This document shows positions 39,394 to 48,828 of a stretch of DNA of 64,000 bases, piece after piece. How positions within the stretch are numbered: position 1 is the stretch's first letter; each line of letters starts with the position of its first letter. Position numbers and translations under genes: made by a program. The notes beneath the pieces are model-generated. The model saw nothing but the letters and a program-made list of their open reading frames with translations. It was not told where the DNA came from and did not search any database. The stretch covers positions 3,566 through 67,565 of the forward strand of contig NZ_JANPFL010000001.1 of NCBI RefSeq assembly GCF_031423415.1, in the 5' to 3' direction. This DNA is from Flavobacterium sp. GTDB taxonomy: Bacteria; Bacteroidota; Bacteroidia; Flavobacteriales; Flavobacteriaceae.

Positions 39394-39750
39394 GATAAGG
39401 TCGCTTATGGTTTTGGTCGGATCGCCTATGGTTTTGGTAGGTATGCCTATGGCTTTGATAGGTGCAACTCTGTTTTTGGTAGCTGCAACTCTGTTTTTGG
39501 TAGCTGCTGTTCTGATTTTGGTAGCTACAGCTCTGTTTTTGGTAACTGCTGTTCTGTTTTTGGTAGCTGCAACTCTGTTTTTGGTAACTGCTGTTCTGAT
39601 TTTGGTAGCTGCAACTCTGTATTTGGTAGCTGCTGCTCTGATTTTGGTAGGCGTGCCTATGGTTTTGGTAGGCTCTCTTATGGTTTTGATAGGCTCGCCT
39701 ATGGTTTTGGTAGGTGTGCCTATGGTTTTGATAGGCTCGCCTAGGGTTTT
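39394..39750. repeat. 17 x 21-bp tandem repeat with A3-B9-A5 organisation
   Basis: A units like ggtaggctcgcctatggtttt, B units like ggtagctgcaactctgttttt; exact 21-bp register over 357 bp; ends 6 bp before the stop codon of the KAS gene. Confidence 0.95.
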
Positions 39751-39756
39751 AGGGCA

Positions 39757-40944
39757 CTAAGCTCTCAACAAAATACTCACTGCGTTGCCGCCAAAACCAA
39801 CCGAATTTACAAGTACTTTTTTTACAGCTCTGTTAGGGTTTTGAAACCTGATAGGGTTTGCTATAAAGGGAACGCCAATAAATTTTTGGTGTTGGAGCAT
39901 CATAATCGCCATCTCGATACTCAACATTCCCGAAGCACCAAAGGTGTGCCCGATTTTCCATTTGTTGGTGGTGAGCATTGGCATGGCTGAGCCAAAAACT
40001 TTTTGAATCGCTTTGTATTCGGTTAAATCTCCCGTTTTTGTTCCTGGAGCGTGCATCACGATGGCGTCCACTTCTGACAAATCGGTATTTTGCAAAGCCA
40101 TTTTCATCGATTTCTGAAAACAAGTCGCTTCTGCCGAAATGGAGATGTTGTGTTCCAAGATTTCAGTCGCATACCCAATGCCTTCAACGAAAGCCAAGGC
40201 GTTTTCCTTTTTGCCAATTTCTAAACAACAAACTGCGGCACCTTCACCAAGAATTAAGGTGTTTTGCTTTTTTCCAAAATCTAATGCTCTATTGGGATAC
40301 TCTTCGACAGGCTTAGACTGAAGTTCATCTGTGGCAGCATAAATTTTTAAAGCTCGCATTTGAGCAATCGTAAAATCGGTTAACGGTGCTTCGCTTCCAC
40401 CGACCAAAAATTTGTCGATCATTCCGGCACGAAGCCACGCAACACCATTCAACACCGCATGCAACGCCGTAGAACAGGTAATAGAATGTGAAATTTCAGG
40501 GCCAGCACTTTGCAAATCGTGTGCCACCCAAGAAGAAATATTTCCCAAAGTCGTTGTTGGCGAAGCCAAAGTTTGAGCCTTACCGGTTTCTAAATATTCC
40601 TGAAAATGTTTTTCGAATAAATCAGTAGCGCCTCGAGAAGAACCTATGTTGATTCCGAAAATATCATTTGGTGTCCAACCTGCATTTTTAATAGCTTTGC
40701 GAGAAGCCGCCATAGCGTACAAAACCGATTTGTCTAATGATTTATACTTAGGATCCGATTGCTTTATAGCTTCAACAACTTGTCTTGAATCTTCATCCAA
40801 TTTCGCAACGAGTGTATTTTTATGGTCTAAAAAATGGCTTGTAAAACAATGATTTGGATTTTGATAGTTTTCCCAAATCGTTTTTGGGTCATTTCCTAGT
40901 GGAGAAATGGAGGCTATAGCGGTTATGGAGATGGTTTGTGACAA
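39757..40944 (-). CDS. Beta-ketoacyl-ACP synthase (FabF/FabB-like), likely TTG start at 40944
   Basis: Catalytic ITCSTA, LGEGAA, MHAPGT, KIGHTFGASG, NSVGFGGN; the GTG at 40983 falls inside a repeat. Confidence 0.88.
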   Translation of the reverse strand: MSQTISITAIASISPLGNDPKTIWENYQNPNHCFTSHFLDHKNTLVAKLDEDSRQVVEAIKQSDPKYKSLDKSVLYAMAASRKAIKNAGWTPNDIFGINIGSSRGATDLFEKHFQEYLETGKAQTLASPTTTLGNISSWVAHDLQSAGPEISHSITCSTALHAVLNGVAWLRAGMIDKFLVGGSEAPLTDFTIAQMRALKIYAATDELQSKPVEEYPNRALDFGKKQNTLILGEGAAVCCLEIGKKENALAFVEGIGYATEILEHNISISAEATCFQKSMKMALQNTDLSEVDAIVMHAPGTKTGDLTEYKAIQKVFGSAMPMLTTNKWKIGHTFGASGMLSIEMAIMMLQHQKFIGVPFIANPIRFQNPNRAVKKVLVNSVGFGGNAVSILLRA

Positions 40945-40976
40945 GGCTTTTAATTTTGGCGCAAAGGTCGGAAAAA

Positions 40977-41995
40977 ATGGCACACAGATAACACGGATTT
41001 GAACGGATTAAAACGAATTTTAAATTTAACCATGTAAGTCATTTAAGTTATAAATGAGTGGCTGATTAAATTTTACCACGTAAGGCATAGAAGGTCATTT
41101 AAGTTTAAGAATTCCTAAAAAATAGGATTAATGGGTTCAAATCTTTGAAGAAATATGGAACACGGATAACTCGGATTTGCTAATGCAAAAACACGGATAA
41201 AAAACGGATTTCAATTTCAACCAGATAAGGCATAGAAGGTCATTTTAGTTTAAGAACTCCGCGAAAATCCCTATAATCTATTCAAATCTGTGGCTGATTA
41301 AATTTGAAATTTGTCTCTCCTTTTTGTCATTGCTTCGCCAGTCCGCCTGCCACGGCGGACTTGTTTCGGTAGGAATATAAGCTAATTAACGGCAAACAAC
41401 ACGGTATAAAAATGGCACACGGATGACACGGATTTGAACGGATTAAAACGAATTTTAAATTCAACCATATAAGTCATTTAAGTAAAAATGCGTGGCTGAT
41501 TAATTTTTACCAAGTAAGGCATAGAAGGTCATTTAAGTTTAAGAACCCCGCGAAAATCCCTATAATCCATTCAAATCTGTGGCTGATTAAATTTGAAATT
41601 TACCTCTCTTTTTTATCATTGCTTCGCCAGTTCGCCCGCCACGGCGGACTTGTGTCGGTAGGAATCTAAGCTAATTAATGGCAAACAACATGGTATAAAA
41701 ATGTCACACGGACAACACGGATTTGAACGGATTAAAACGAATTTTAAATTTAACCATATAAGTTATTTAAGTTTTAAATGAGTGGCTGATTAATTTTTAC
41801 CAAGTAAGGCATAGAAGGTCACTTACGTTTAAGAACTCCGCGAAATTCTCTATAATCCATTCAAATCTGCGGCTGATTAAATTTGAAATTTGTCTCTCCT
41901 TTTTGTCATTGCTTCGCAGGTTCGCCCGCCGCGGCGGACCTGTGACCGTAAGAATCTAAGCTAATTAATGGCAAACAACACAGTATAAAAATGGA
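40977..41995. repeat. About 289-bp composite tandem repeat (three copies; the first carries a ~146-bp extra partial unit)
   Basis: Units begin atg(g/t)cacac.ga..acacggatttgaacggattaaaacg at 40977, 41412 and 41701, ending at atgg 41991; no ORF. Confidence 0.92.
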
Positions 41996-42162
41996 TTTAA
42001 TTTGCGCCTTAAAATAGTAAACTTTACAAAACTATAAAGACATTTTTTGCAATTTAAAAATTAGAATGAGTTCGTGATACTAGGCAGAAATCCAGCTAAT
42101 CTAAGCTTCTTCGTTATACTATTTTACACTAAGTACGCGTATAAACATATTTTAATAATCGC

Positions 42163-45100
42163 TTAAAAAATAACTTTCTTGGAAACTATTGTGCCGCTTT
42201 GCAAGATTATTTTAAGCATTACCGTTTGAGTGCCTGAAACAAAATTTGGCACTGTTAATTCATTGCTACCGATATTATTTTTTTGATATAAAGTTCTACC
42301 CGATAAATCATATATGGTTAGGTTTTTTATAGCTTCGCCAACAGCATTAATTTTTAACTGTTTGTTTTTAACAGAAACGTACACTTGATTGGATTTTCCT
42401 TCAAAATCATTTGTACTTAGAGTCTTAGCTACAAATCGCAACACAAAACGTTCATTAAATACTCCTACAGCGGTTGTAAATGTATAGCTGCTCGTTTTTA
42501 AATTTACAATAGTATTTGTTAGTTTATCTTCAAGAAACACTGCTTGATTGGTCAGCAAACCATCAACTTGATTGATATTAATTGAAAATTCACCTGCGAT
42601 TGTACTGCGGTATCCCAACGGCACTTCATCATTTTCATCAAATGGTAAAGCTCGACCTTGAATGGTGTACCGTTTATTGTTGACGACGCTGTAAAAATCT
42701 ACGAATGCATTTCCGTTAAAACTCCTACCGTCAAAAGCGCTGTCATATTCATTGGTAGCGTTTGTAACATATCCTACAAGTATTTGTTTGAAAGCGCCTT
42801 GGGTATTGGTTAAATTCAGCCAAACTCTATGCTTTTCGATAGTAATCGCCTTTTTTGTATTTTTGGTTTTATAAAAATTTGTGTTATCAAAAGGGGTTCC
42901 TGAGCCATCAAATCGCATAAAGTTGTTGAATGTTACTGTACTTGCTGTCTTGCTGGTCGCAAAAAAACCTTGTGTAGCTGCTATTTTTCCCGTTGGTGCA
43001 GTACCACCTGTAGTTGCTGCAACACCTCCAGTGCCATTATAACTGGCATAATCGCCAGAAGTGTAAACTAAATTAGTAATCGGCGTATTGTGAGTCCAAA
43101 AATATAATGTCCCTTCAATAGTTGCAATATTGGCACCTAAAAAAGCATCGGCATCAATTGCTGATGGATAAGGATTCCCCATCAGACAGTTATTCCCAGC
43201 AGCGCCAGTGGGCGTTGTTAGGACTCCATTGTTTGGAACTCCCGTAAAAGTAGCTTCTATATTTGGTCCTGGTATGTTTTTCCCCCTCATAATGTAACCT
43301 ACACTTGGTAACATCACGGTGGTGTGAGGCAGCCATATTGACCAGTCGTTAAGGATGGTATCGAACGAATAGTATCTGCCTTCATCGTAATTGATTGGAG
43401 AAATAGCGGCTAAGGTTTGACCCACGACTGGAGAGGACCAATAGGTGTAATCCGTATCTAATAAGTTAGGGGTTGTTCGTTTGTATACAATATTTCCAGT
43501 GTTAACAGCATTGTTTACTTGAACCAAATTGGCATTGTTTTCGAAAATTAAAGTACCATTATTAGTTATCGCATCGGTAATAGTGAGTGTAGCACCTGCA
43601 TTCACAATTAATATAGTACTAGGGTTTAATGTCAAGGATCGTATATGATTAATAGCACTCGCTGCGATTAGGGGTTGGTTCGCAGCCGCTGCGATAACAA
43701 CATCGGTTAAGTTGGACGGAAGTCCTCCAGTCCAATTGGCTGCTACTGTCCAGTCGGTGTCAACACTACCATTCCATGTTGTAGTAGTGAAAGTTGGTGG
43801 GGTATACACCAGGTCTACAGTTGTAGCTGTGTATGCCAGCGCCCAACCTACAGGTACTTGTGTAAGTCCTGTTGCACTTACTAAAGTTCCAGTTATAGCA
43901 GTTGCTGAAATAATAGAAATCGTTGTTAAAACGGCTGGAGTGTACAAGGAAACAACATTCAAATCTAAACTTCCAACATTTATACTTCCGGCAGTATTTA
44001 CCATTTGGTCATAGTCTACACCCGCAGTTGTTCCTGCAACTTGTATTCTTAAAATTCCATTGGGCGTTGTTGACGCTTTTTTCAAATCAGTAATTCCGTA
44101 TAAAGAACTTCCAGGAACAATAGCACCTGCGGACGCATCACTGACCCCTGAAATAATATTCAAATTAGTGCCGCTAGCGGTATATATTGTTCCTGAGTTC
44201 GTACAAGTTCCTACAATGGCATTGTTAGTAGCTACAATAGATATGGATGTAAAAGCTATTGAAGCATCGCCTGTACCACTTGAAAGTGTAAGCGAGCCTG
44301 CTGCCGAAACCACTGATGCTGATGATAACACATTGGCTGTTAACGTAGTTCCAGAACCGGTGTACTTCTGGGTAATGACAACAAAGGTATTTCCACCATA
44401 CGTATATACCGCTCCGACTGATGATGCAGAAGCCGTAGTTAAACCATTAAATTGAACTTGTCGCGTAACTGCTGTTGATGCGTTATTAAAGAAAGAAATC
44501 TCTCCTCCTGTATTATTATTAATTGCAGTAAAATGACGCAACTCGTTATTGGTTGTAATAAATCCGGTGTTGTTTAATGTTGTTTTGTTTGTAAAAGTAT
44601 TTACTGTTCCCTCTAAGTTCAAAGTGCCACTGTTATTGATAACCAGAGGTGCTGCTTCTCCGGTTACAGTGCAAAAAATAGCCTGTCCTGCACCAACGGC
44701 TGTACTATTATTTTTTAATGTTAAAACACCTGTTGCTGTATTGTTTAGATTTACAACTGTTCCAGCATTAACATTACCTCCACCACCATTCCCAATAATA
44801 AATGGAGCACTACCAACAGTAGGAATAGTCAAATCTACATTTAACGTGCCTTGGTTTGAAATATTAAATACACTTGCTGTTCCAGAAGCACCTGAGGAAA
44901 ATGACAAGCCGCTTCTTGCAGAAGACCCCAGTATGTTTATTTCGCCTAGATTGGTAAAATTTGTTGCAGTAGCACTTGATGAAAAAGAAGTTATCGCCGT
45001 TGTAAGATTTGTACTGGCAGTGTACAAGCTTAGTGTTGTACCCGAATTAACAGTCACAGTTGTTGCAGCTCCTAAAGATAATAATCCTCCGTTTGCAATA

Positions 45101-46098
45101 GGAGTAGATGCACTACCAATTGTAAATCCTGTTCCTCCTATAACTAAAGGCGAGGACGATGCACCTCCTGCATGTCTAATCGCAAACGAGGTGGTTGCAG
45201 AACCAAGACTAAAAGTTGTAATGCTATTAAAAAGAAGGCTGTAAGTAGTATTCGCATTTAATGAGGTAACGTTAAAAGCAGCACTATTTGCTGTCGTAGA
45301 AGCACTAACATTTAAGTTTAATGCGCCAGTCCCTGAATAACCGTATGTAGTAGCAGATCCAGGAAGAACAGTAGGTATAATACAAGCGATACCAGATGAC
45401 GCTGCAGCACTAGTACTTGTTATAGTTAATGTGCCATTGTTTACAATATTACCACCTGCAATACTGCAAGGTACAGCACCATAATGATTAATTGTTAAAC
45501 TTGCTCCGGCATTGATAGTCAAGGTTGTACCTGTTGTAGGTCCAAAAGTATTACGCATCAAGAGAAAAGAAGCTACTCTAGCTCCTGTTAGCACAGGACT
45601 AGCAAGAGTTGCATTATCTACAACAACTGTAGCTGTAGTTCCGGCTGACGAGTTACCAGTAGTCGCAAAAGGCAGAATAGAAGATTTTAAGTAGGTTTGA
45701 ATTAAAGCGGCACTACCTGCAGCTGTTGTTGGTTGACTTAGTGTTATTGTTGTACCAGCTGCTGGAACTGCACTAAATGCTACTACCGTTGTATTGGCTG
45801 GGATGCCAACGCCAACAATAGCATGACCAACAGCTAAAATAGTTCCAGTAGTAGCTAAGTTAGCTGTATCAATTGTAACGGTTGTAGAACCACTAGCAAA
45901 AGTAGCGGCATGCACAAACCGCCCAGTAGTGCTCCAATTTGCAGCTGTTGACCACAAGTTGTTTACTGTGCCTCCCCAAAAGAAATTGGTGTTTGTTACC
46001 TGCGCTTCTGAATTATTTGCAAACAATCCGCACAACAGAACTAATAATAGCAACATCCCGTTCTTAAAATTTTTGTTTGTGAGTACTAATTTTTTCAT
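42163..46098 (-). CDS. T9SS-secreted surface protein (1311 aa), paralog of 30824-38998
   Basis: Signal peptide ending SEA-Q; Thr/Gly/Ser-rich beta-helix-like body; shared YTYWSSP/GNPYPSAI/GRALPFDENDEVPLGY block; CTD IYDLSGRTLY...KKVIF. Confidence 0.9.
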   Translation of the reverse strand: MKKLVLTNKNFKNGMLLLLVLLCGLFANNSEAQVTNTNFFWGGTVNNLWSTAANWSTTGRFVHAATFASGSTTVTIDTANLATTGTILAVGHAIVGVGIPANTTVVAFSAVPAAGTTITLSQPTTAAGSAALIQTYLKSSILPFATTGNSSAGTTATVVVDNATLASPVLTGARVASFLLMRNTFGPTTGTTLTINAGASLTINHYGAVPCSIAGGNIVNNGTLTITSTSAAASSGIACIIPTVLPGSATTYGYSGTGALNLNVSASTTANSAAFNVTSLNANTTYSLLFNSITTFSLGSATTSFAIRHAGGASSSPLVIGGTGFTIGSASTPIANGGLLSLGAATTVTVNSGTTLSLYTASTNLTTAITSFSSSATATNFTNLGEINILGSSARSGLSFSSGASGTASVFNISNQGTLNVDLTIPTVGSAPFIIGNGGGGNVNAGTVVNLNNTATGVLTLKNNSTAVGAGQAIFCTVTGEAAPLVINNSGTLNLEGTVNTFTNKTTLNNTGFITTNNELRHFTAINNNTGGEISFFNNASTAVTRQVQFNGLTTASASSVGAVYTYGGNTFVVITQKYTGSGTTLTANVLSSASVVSAAGSLTLSSGTGDASIAFTSISIVATNNAIVGTCTNSGTIYTASGTNLNIISGVSDASAGAIVPGSSLYGITDLKKASTTPNGILRIQVAGTTAGVDYDQMVNTAGSINVGSLDLNVVSLYTPAVLTTISIISATAITGTLVSATGLTQVPVGWALAYTATTVDLVYTPPTFTTTTWNGSVDTDWTVAANWTGGLPSNLTDVVIAAAANQPLIAASAINHIRSLTLNPSTILIVNAGATLTITDAITNNGTLIFENNANLVQVNNAVNTGNIVYKRTTPNLLDTDYTYWSSPVVGQTLAAISPINYDEGRYYSFDTILNDWSIWLPHTTVMLPSVGYIMRGKNIPGPNIEATFTGVPNNGVLTTPTGAAGNNCLMGNPYPSAIDADAFLGANIATIEGTLYFWTHNTPITNLVYTSGDYASYNGTGGVAATTGGTAPTGKIAATQGFFATSKTASTVTFNNFMRFDGSGTPFDNTNFYKTKNTKKAITIEKHRVWLNLTNTQGAFKQILVGYVTNATNEYDSAFDGRSFNGNAFVDFYSVVNNKRYTIQGRALPFDENDEVPLGYRSTIAGEFSININQVDGLLTNQAVFLEDKLTNTIVNLKTSSYTFTTAVGVFNERFVLRFVAKTLSTNDFEGKSNQVYVSVKNKQLKINAVGEAIKNLTIYDLSGRTLYQKNNIGSNELTVPNFVSGTQTVMLKIILQSGTIVSKKVIF

Positions 46099-46145
46099 AG
46101 TATAAAGTTTTAAAAGTTGTTTGTCTTATTAGTTATAAACTGTAA

Positions 46146-46411
46146 TTGCAAATTAATGGCATGACGGTTTTAAATAAACACTTTTTGCATAGTTGCGCTT
46201 TGTCCTTGATTATTTAAAACTGCAACTCAGGTTACTAGTTTAATGCTAGTAAATCTTTGCCACCTGTTTAGCGCTTACTAGTTGCCAGTGGTTATCGAAC
46301 GATAATCACCTGCCGCAGGGGTAGTTTGTCTATCAGTTGAACCGCCTAAACAGACCATCATTAAAAAATGTATAGCGGTCTTTAATTTAAAATAGTGAAA
46401 ACTCTTTTCAT
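46146..46411 (-). pseudogene. Decayed copy of the first ~85 codons of the 2724-aa T9SS gene
   Basis: Reads MKRV/HYFKLKTAIHFLMMVCLGGSTDRQTTPAAGDYRSITTGN**ALNRWQRFTSIKLVT*VAVLNNQGQSATMQKVFI*NRHAINL versus MKIALHHFKLQAALLFLMMVGLANSSYGQSLAVVVGDYRSVASGNWSTAANWNICTSISPTVWSTTVNYPGQTATANQRVYIFNGDAITL. Confidence 0.8.
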
Positions 46412-46460
46412 GTCAATTCCTATTGGTTTATTTAGCGTTATTCAACGCTTTATACTTGAC

Positions 46461-46754
46461 TGCCTTTTTAATAAAAAATAGTGCTCTAAAATGATGATTT
46501 AACATTGATATACAAAGATAATTGTTTAATTAACGTTAAAACAAGTCAAATCAATCATTTAGTGGTTGTAAATCAATCAAAAAAGTAAAGACAGTGGGAG
46601 TTGATTTGGTTTTCAGCCTGTTAGGAATACAAGTAAAAATAATCTGTTGCTATTTAAACCACAAAGTTTGTCTGCAAAGCTTGTCATTAATTAGGAATCC
46701 CACGCTATCTAAACCAAGTTGTCTAGAATGCGTGAGACGCTTAAAACATGACAA
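46461..46754. repeat. Diverged duplicate of the upstream region 39048-39365
   Basis: Shared blocks tgcctttttaataaaaaa, ataattgttt.attaac, gtaaatcaatcaaaa, tatttaaacc.caaagt and atgcgtgagacgcttaaa..(g/a)tgacaa in the same order. Confidence 0.85.
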
Positions 46755-46872
46755 TCATGGTTGCGACGTAAACCGCGCAAACCATAAATAAAGTTGAAAA
46801 ACTACCTCCAAAAATCATTTTAATCCTTCAATCGAGAGGTAGCGAACAGGCGAAGAATAACTGTGGTTTAAA

Positions 46873-48144
46873 CTAAACTATTCCCAATGCTTTTTCGACC
46901 ACTTCATATACTTTTTGCAATTGTTCGTCCTTGATGATATAAGGAGGCAAAATATAAACAATATTTCCAACTGGTCGTAAAATCACGCCATTTTCAATAA
47001 AGAAATTATAAAGCTTGTTGCGTAAACTTCCGTAGTAACTAGCGGCACTTTCGGTTTGTATTTCCAAGGCGAAAATGACCCCTAATACTCGAGTTGTGGT
47101 CACTTTTGGATGGGATTCTATATGTTTCTGAAATGCTAAATGTCTTTTATTTACTCGAGCAATATTGTTTTGCATTTCGTGTGTTTGCAGTAATGACAAA
47201 CTTGCCAAAGCAGCCGCACAACCTGTAGGATTTGCGGTAAATGTATGCCCATGAAATAATGCTTTATTAATGTCTTCATCATAAAAAGCATCAAAAATAT
47301 CCTGAGTAAACGTAGTAATCGCCATTGGAATTGTTCCGCCGGTCAGGGCTTTGGACAAACACATCATATCGGGTTTCTCGCTTAAATAGTCACAAGCAAA
47401 TGTTTTTCCTGTCTTTCCAAAGCCTGTCATCACTTCATCAGCAATTGTGAGTACCTTACTTTCTTGACAAATTTGGATTAATTTATCTAATACTTTAGGT
47501 TCATACATTACCATTCCTGCCGCTCCTTGTACCAAAGGTTCAAAAATAAATCCAGCACAATTATTGTTTTTTACAACTTCTCGCAAAGCATCAAAACTTT
47601 CTTCTTCTTTTCCTTTTATTGGAACCGGAATCCGAACTACATCAATCAACATTCCTTGGAAAGCTTCTGTAAAGAAAGAAATTCCACTCGCTGCCATTGC
47701 CGCAAAAGTATCGCCATGAAAAGCATTTTCGAACGCAATTATGGTCGTTTTCTTCTCTCCTTTATTGGAAAAATATTGCAAAGCCACTTTAATTGCTACT
47801 TCCACTGCAGTAGAACCATTATCGGAAAAGAAGACTTTTTGCTGGTTTTTAGGCAAAATTGCCATCAATTTTTCAGAAAGCAAAACTGCTGGTTCGTGAG
47901 TAAATCCACCAAAGAGAACGTGTTCCAAGGTAGTCAATTGGGTATAAATGGCGTCGGCGATATATTTGTTGGAATGCCCATAAGGATTAACCCACCACGA
48001 AGCAATCGCATCAATGTATTCTTTGTTGTTTTCGTCCCAGAGCAAGGCGCCTTCACCTCTTTTTATAGCTATAGGCAGCGTTGCTGTTTTGTGTTGAGTG
48101 TAAGGATGCCAAATGTTTTTTTGGTCTCTTTCGGTTAAATTCAT
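46873..48144 (-). CDS. bioA: Adenosylmethionine-8-amino-7-oxononanoate transaminase
   Basis: IWHPYTQ, ASWWVN..GH, EPLVQGAAGM, IADEVMTGFGKTG, LSKALTGG, FHGHTFTANP. Confidence 0.97.
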   Translation of the reverse strand: MNLTERDQKNIWHPYTQHKTATLPIAIKRGEGALLWDENNKEYIDAIASWWVNPYGHSNKYIADAIYTQLTTLEHVLFGGFTHEPAVLLSEKLMAILPKNQQKVFFSDNGSTAVEVAIKVALQYFSNKGEKKTTIIAFENAFHGDTFAAMAASGISFFTEAFQGMLIDVVRIPVPIKGKEEESFDALREVVKNNNCAGFIFEPLVQGAAGMVMYEPKVLDKLIQICQESKVLTIADEVMTGFGKTGKTFACDYLSEKPDMMCLSKALTGGTIPMAITTFTQDIFDAFYDEDINKALFHGHTFTANPTGCAAALASLSLLQTHEMQNNIARVNKRHLAFQKHIESHPKVTTTRVLGVIFALEIQTESAASYYGSLRNKLYNFFIENGVILRPVGNIVYILPPYIIKDEQLQKVYEVVEKALGIV

Positions 48145-48183
48145 TTGATTTCAGATTGAAATTGATTTTTGAAATTGTAATTG

Positions 48184-48819
48184 CTATTGAAGTTTCAACA
48201 AATTCTCTCGAAACAAATCGGCATATTCTCGAACAACAGTTTGGTCAAAATAAGGCTCTTGCTCTATTCTTCCAATAAATGTGACTCCTGTTTTATTTAG
48301 AATTATCGTTTCAGTAGATTCGTTTTTGTCACCGCTAAAAATGATTCCTGCAATTTTTATTTTCCTGCTTTTTAATGCTTCAATAGTCAGCAAAGTATGA
48401 TTGATACTTCCCAAATAATGCTTTGAAACCACAATAACTTTATAATCAGCTTTGATTAAATCGACAATACAATAAGTATCATTTAATGGCACCAATAAAC
48501 CACCAGCACCTTCTATGACAAGATGATTTTTTTCCCGATAGCCATCGGGATTGGGTTCTTTGATTTGTTTTAAGTCAATTGTAATTCCGTCACGTTCAGC
48601 TGCAAGATGCGGACTAGCTGGTGTGTTGAGTTTATAACTGTTTTCGTGAATAATGGTTTTGTTGTTCGAAATATTATTCCTGATTTTATGACTATCGGAA
48701 TTATCCAAGTCACCGGCCTGGATGGGTTTCCAATAATCAGCTTCGAGTGCTTCGACGATGATAGAGGAGGCAATGGTTTTGCCTACATCGGTTGAGATTC
48801 CTGTTATAAATAGTTTCAT
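48184..48819 (-). CDS. bioD: Dethiobiotin synthase
   Basis: FITGISTDVGKT P-loop, KPIQAG, SPHLAA, IEGAGG, LGSINHTLLT. Confidence 0.97.
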   Translation of the reverse strand: MKLFITGISTDVGKTIASSIIVEALEADYWKPIQAGDLDNSDSHKIRNNISNNKTIIHENSYKLNTPASPHLAAERDGITIDLKQIKEPNPDGYREKNHLVIEGAGGLLVPLNDTYCIVDLIKADYKVIVVSKHYLGSINHTLLTIEALKSRKIKIAGIIFSGDKNESTETIILNKTGVTFIGRIEQEPYFDQTVVREYADLFRENLLKLQ

Positions 48820-48828
48820 AGCAATTGG

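Noticed and set aside
39394-39750. CRISPR array
   Set aside because: Contiguous 21-bp units with no unique spacers.
39193-39760. ORFs 39193-39744 (Cys-rich) and 39359-39760 as real genes
   Set aside because: Both use GTG starts inside a duplicated non-coding region and stay open only because the 21-bp repeat lacks stop codons; no recognisable domain.
44060-45244. Long antisense ORFs (44060-44455, 44549-45244, and similar ones such as 47527-48138, 31629-32036, 6079-6510)
   Set aside because: Shadow frames of well-supported genes on the opposite strand; no motifs or independent signals.
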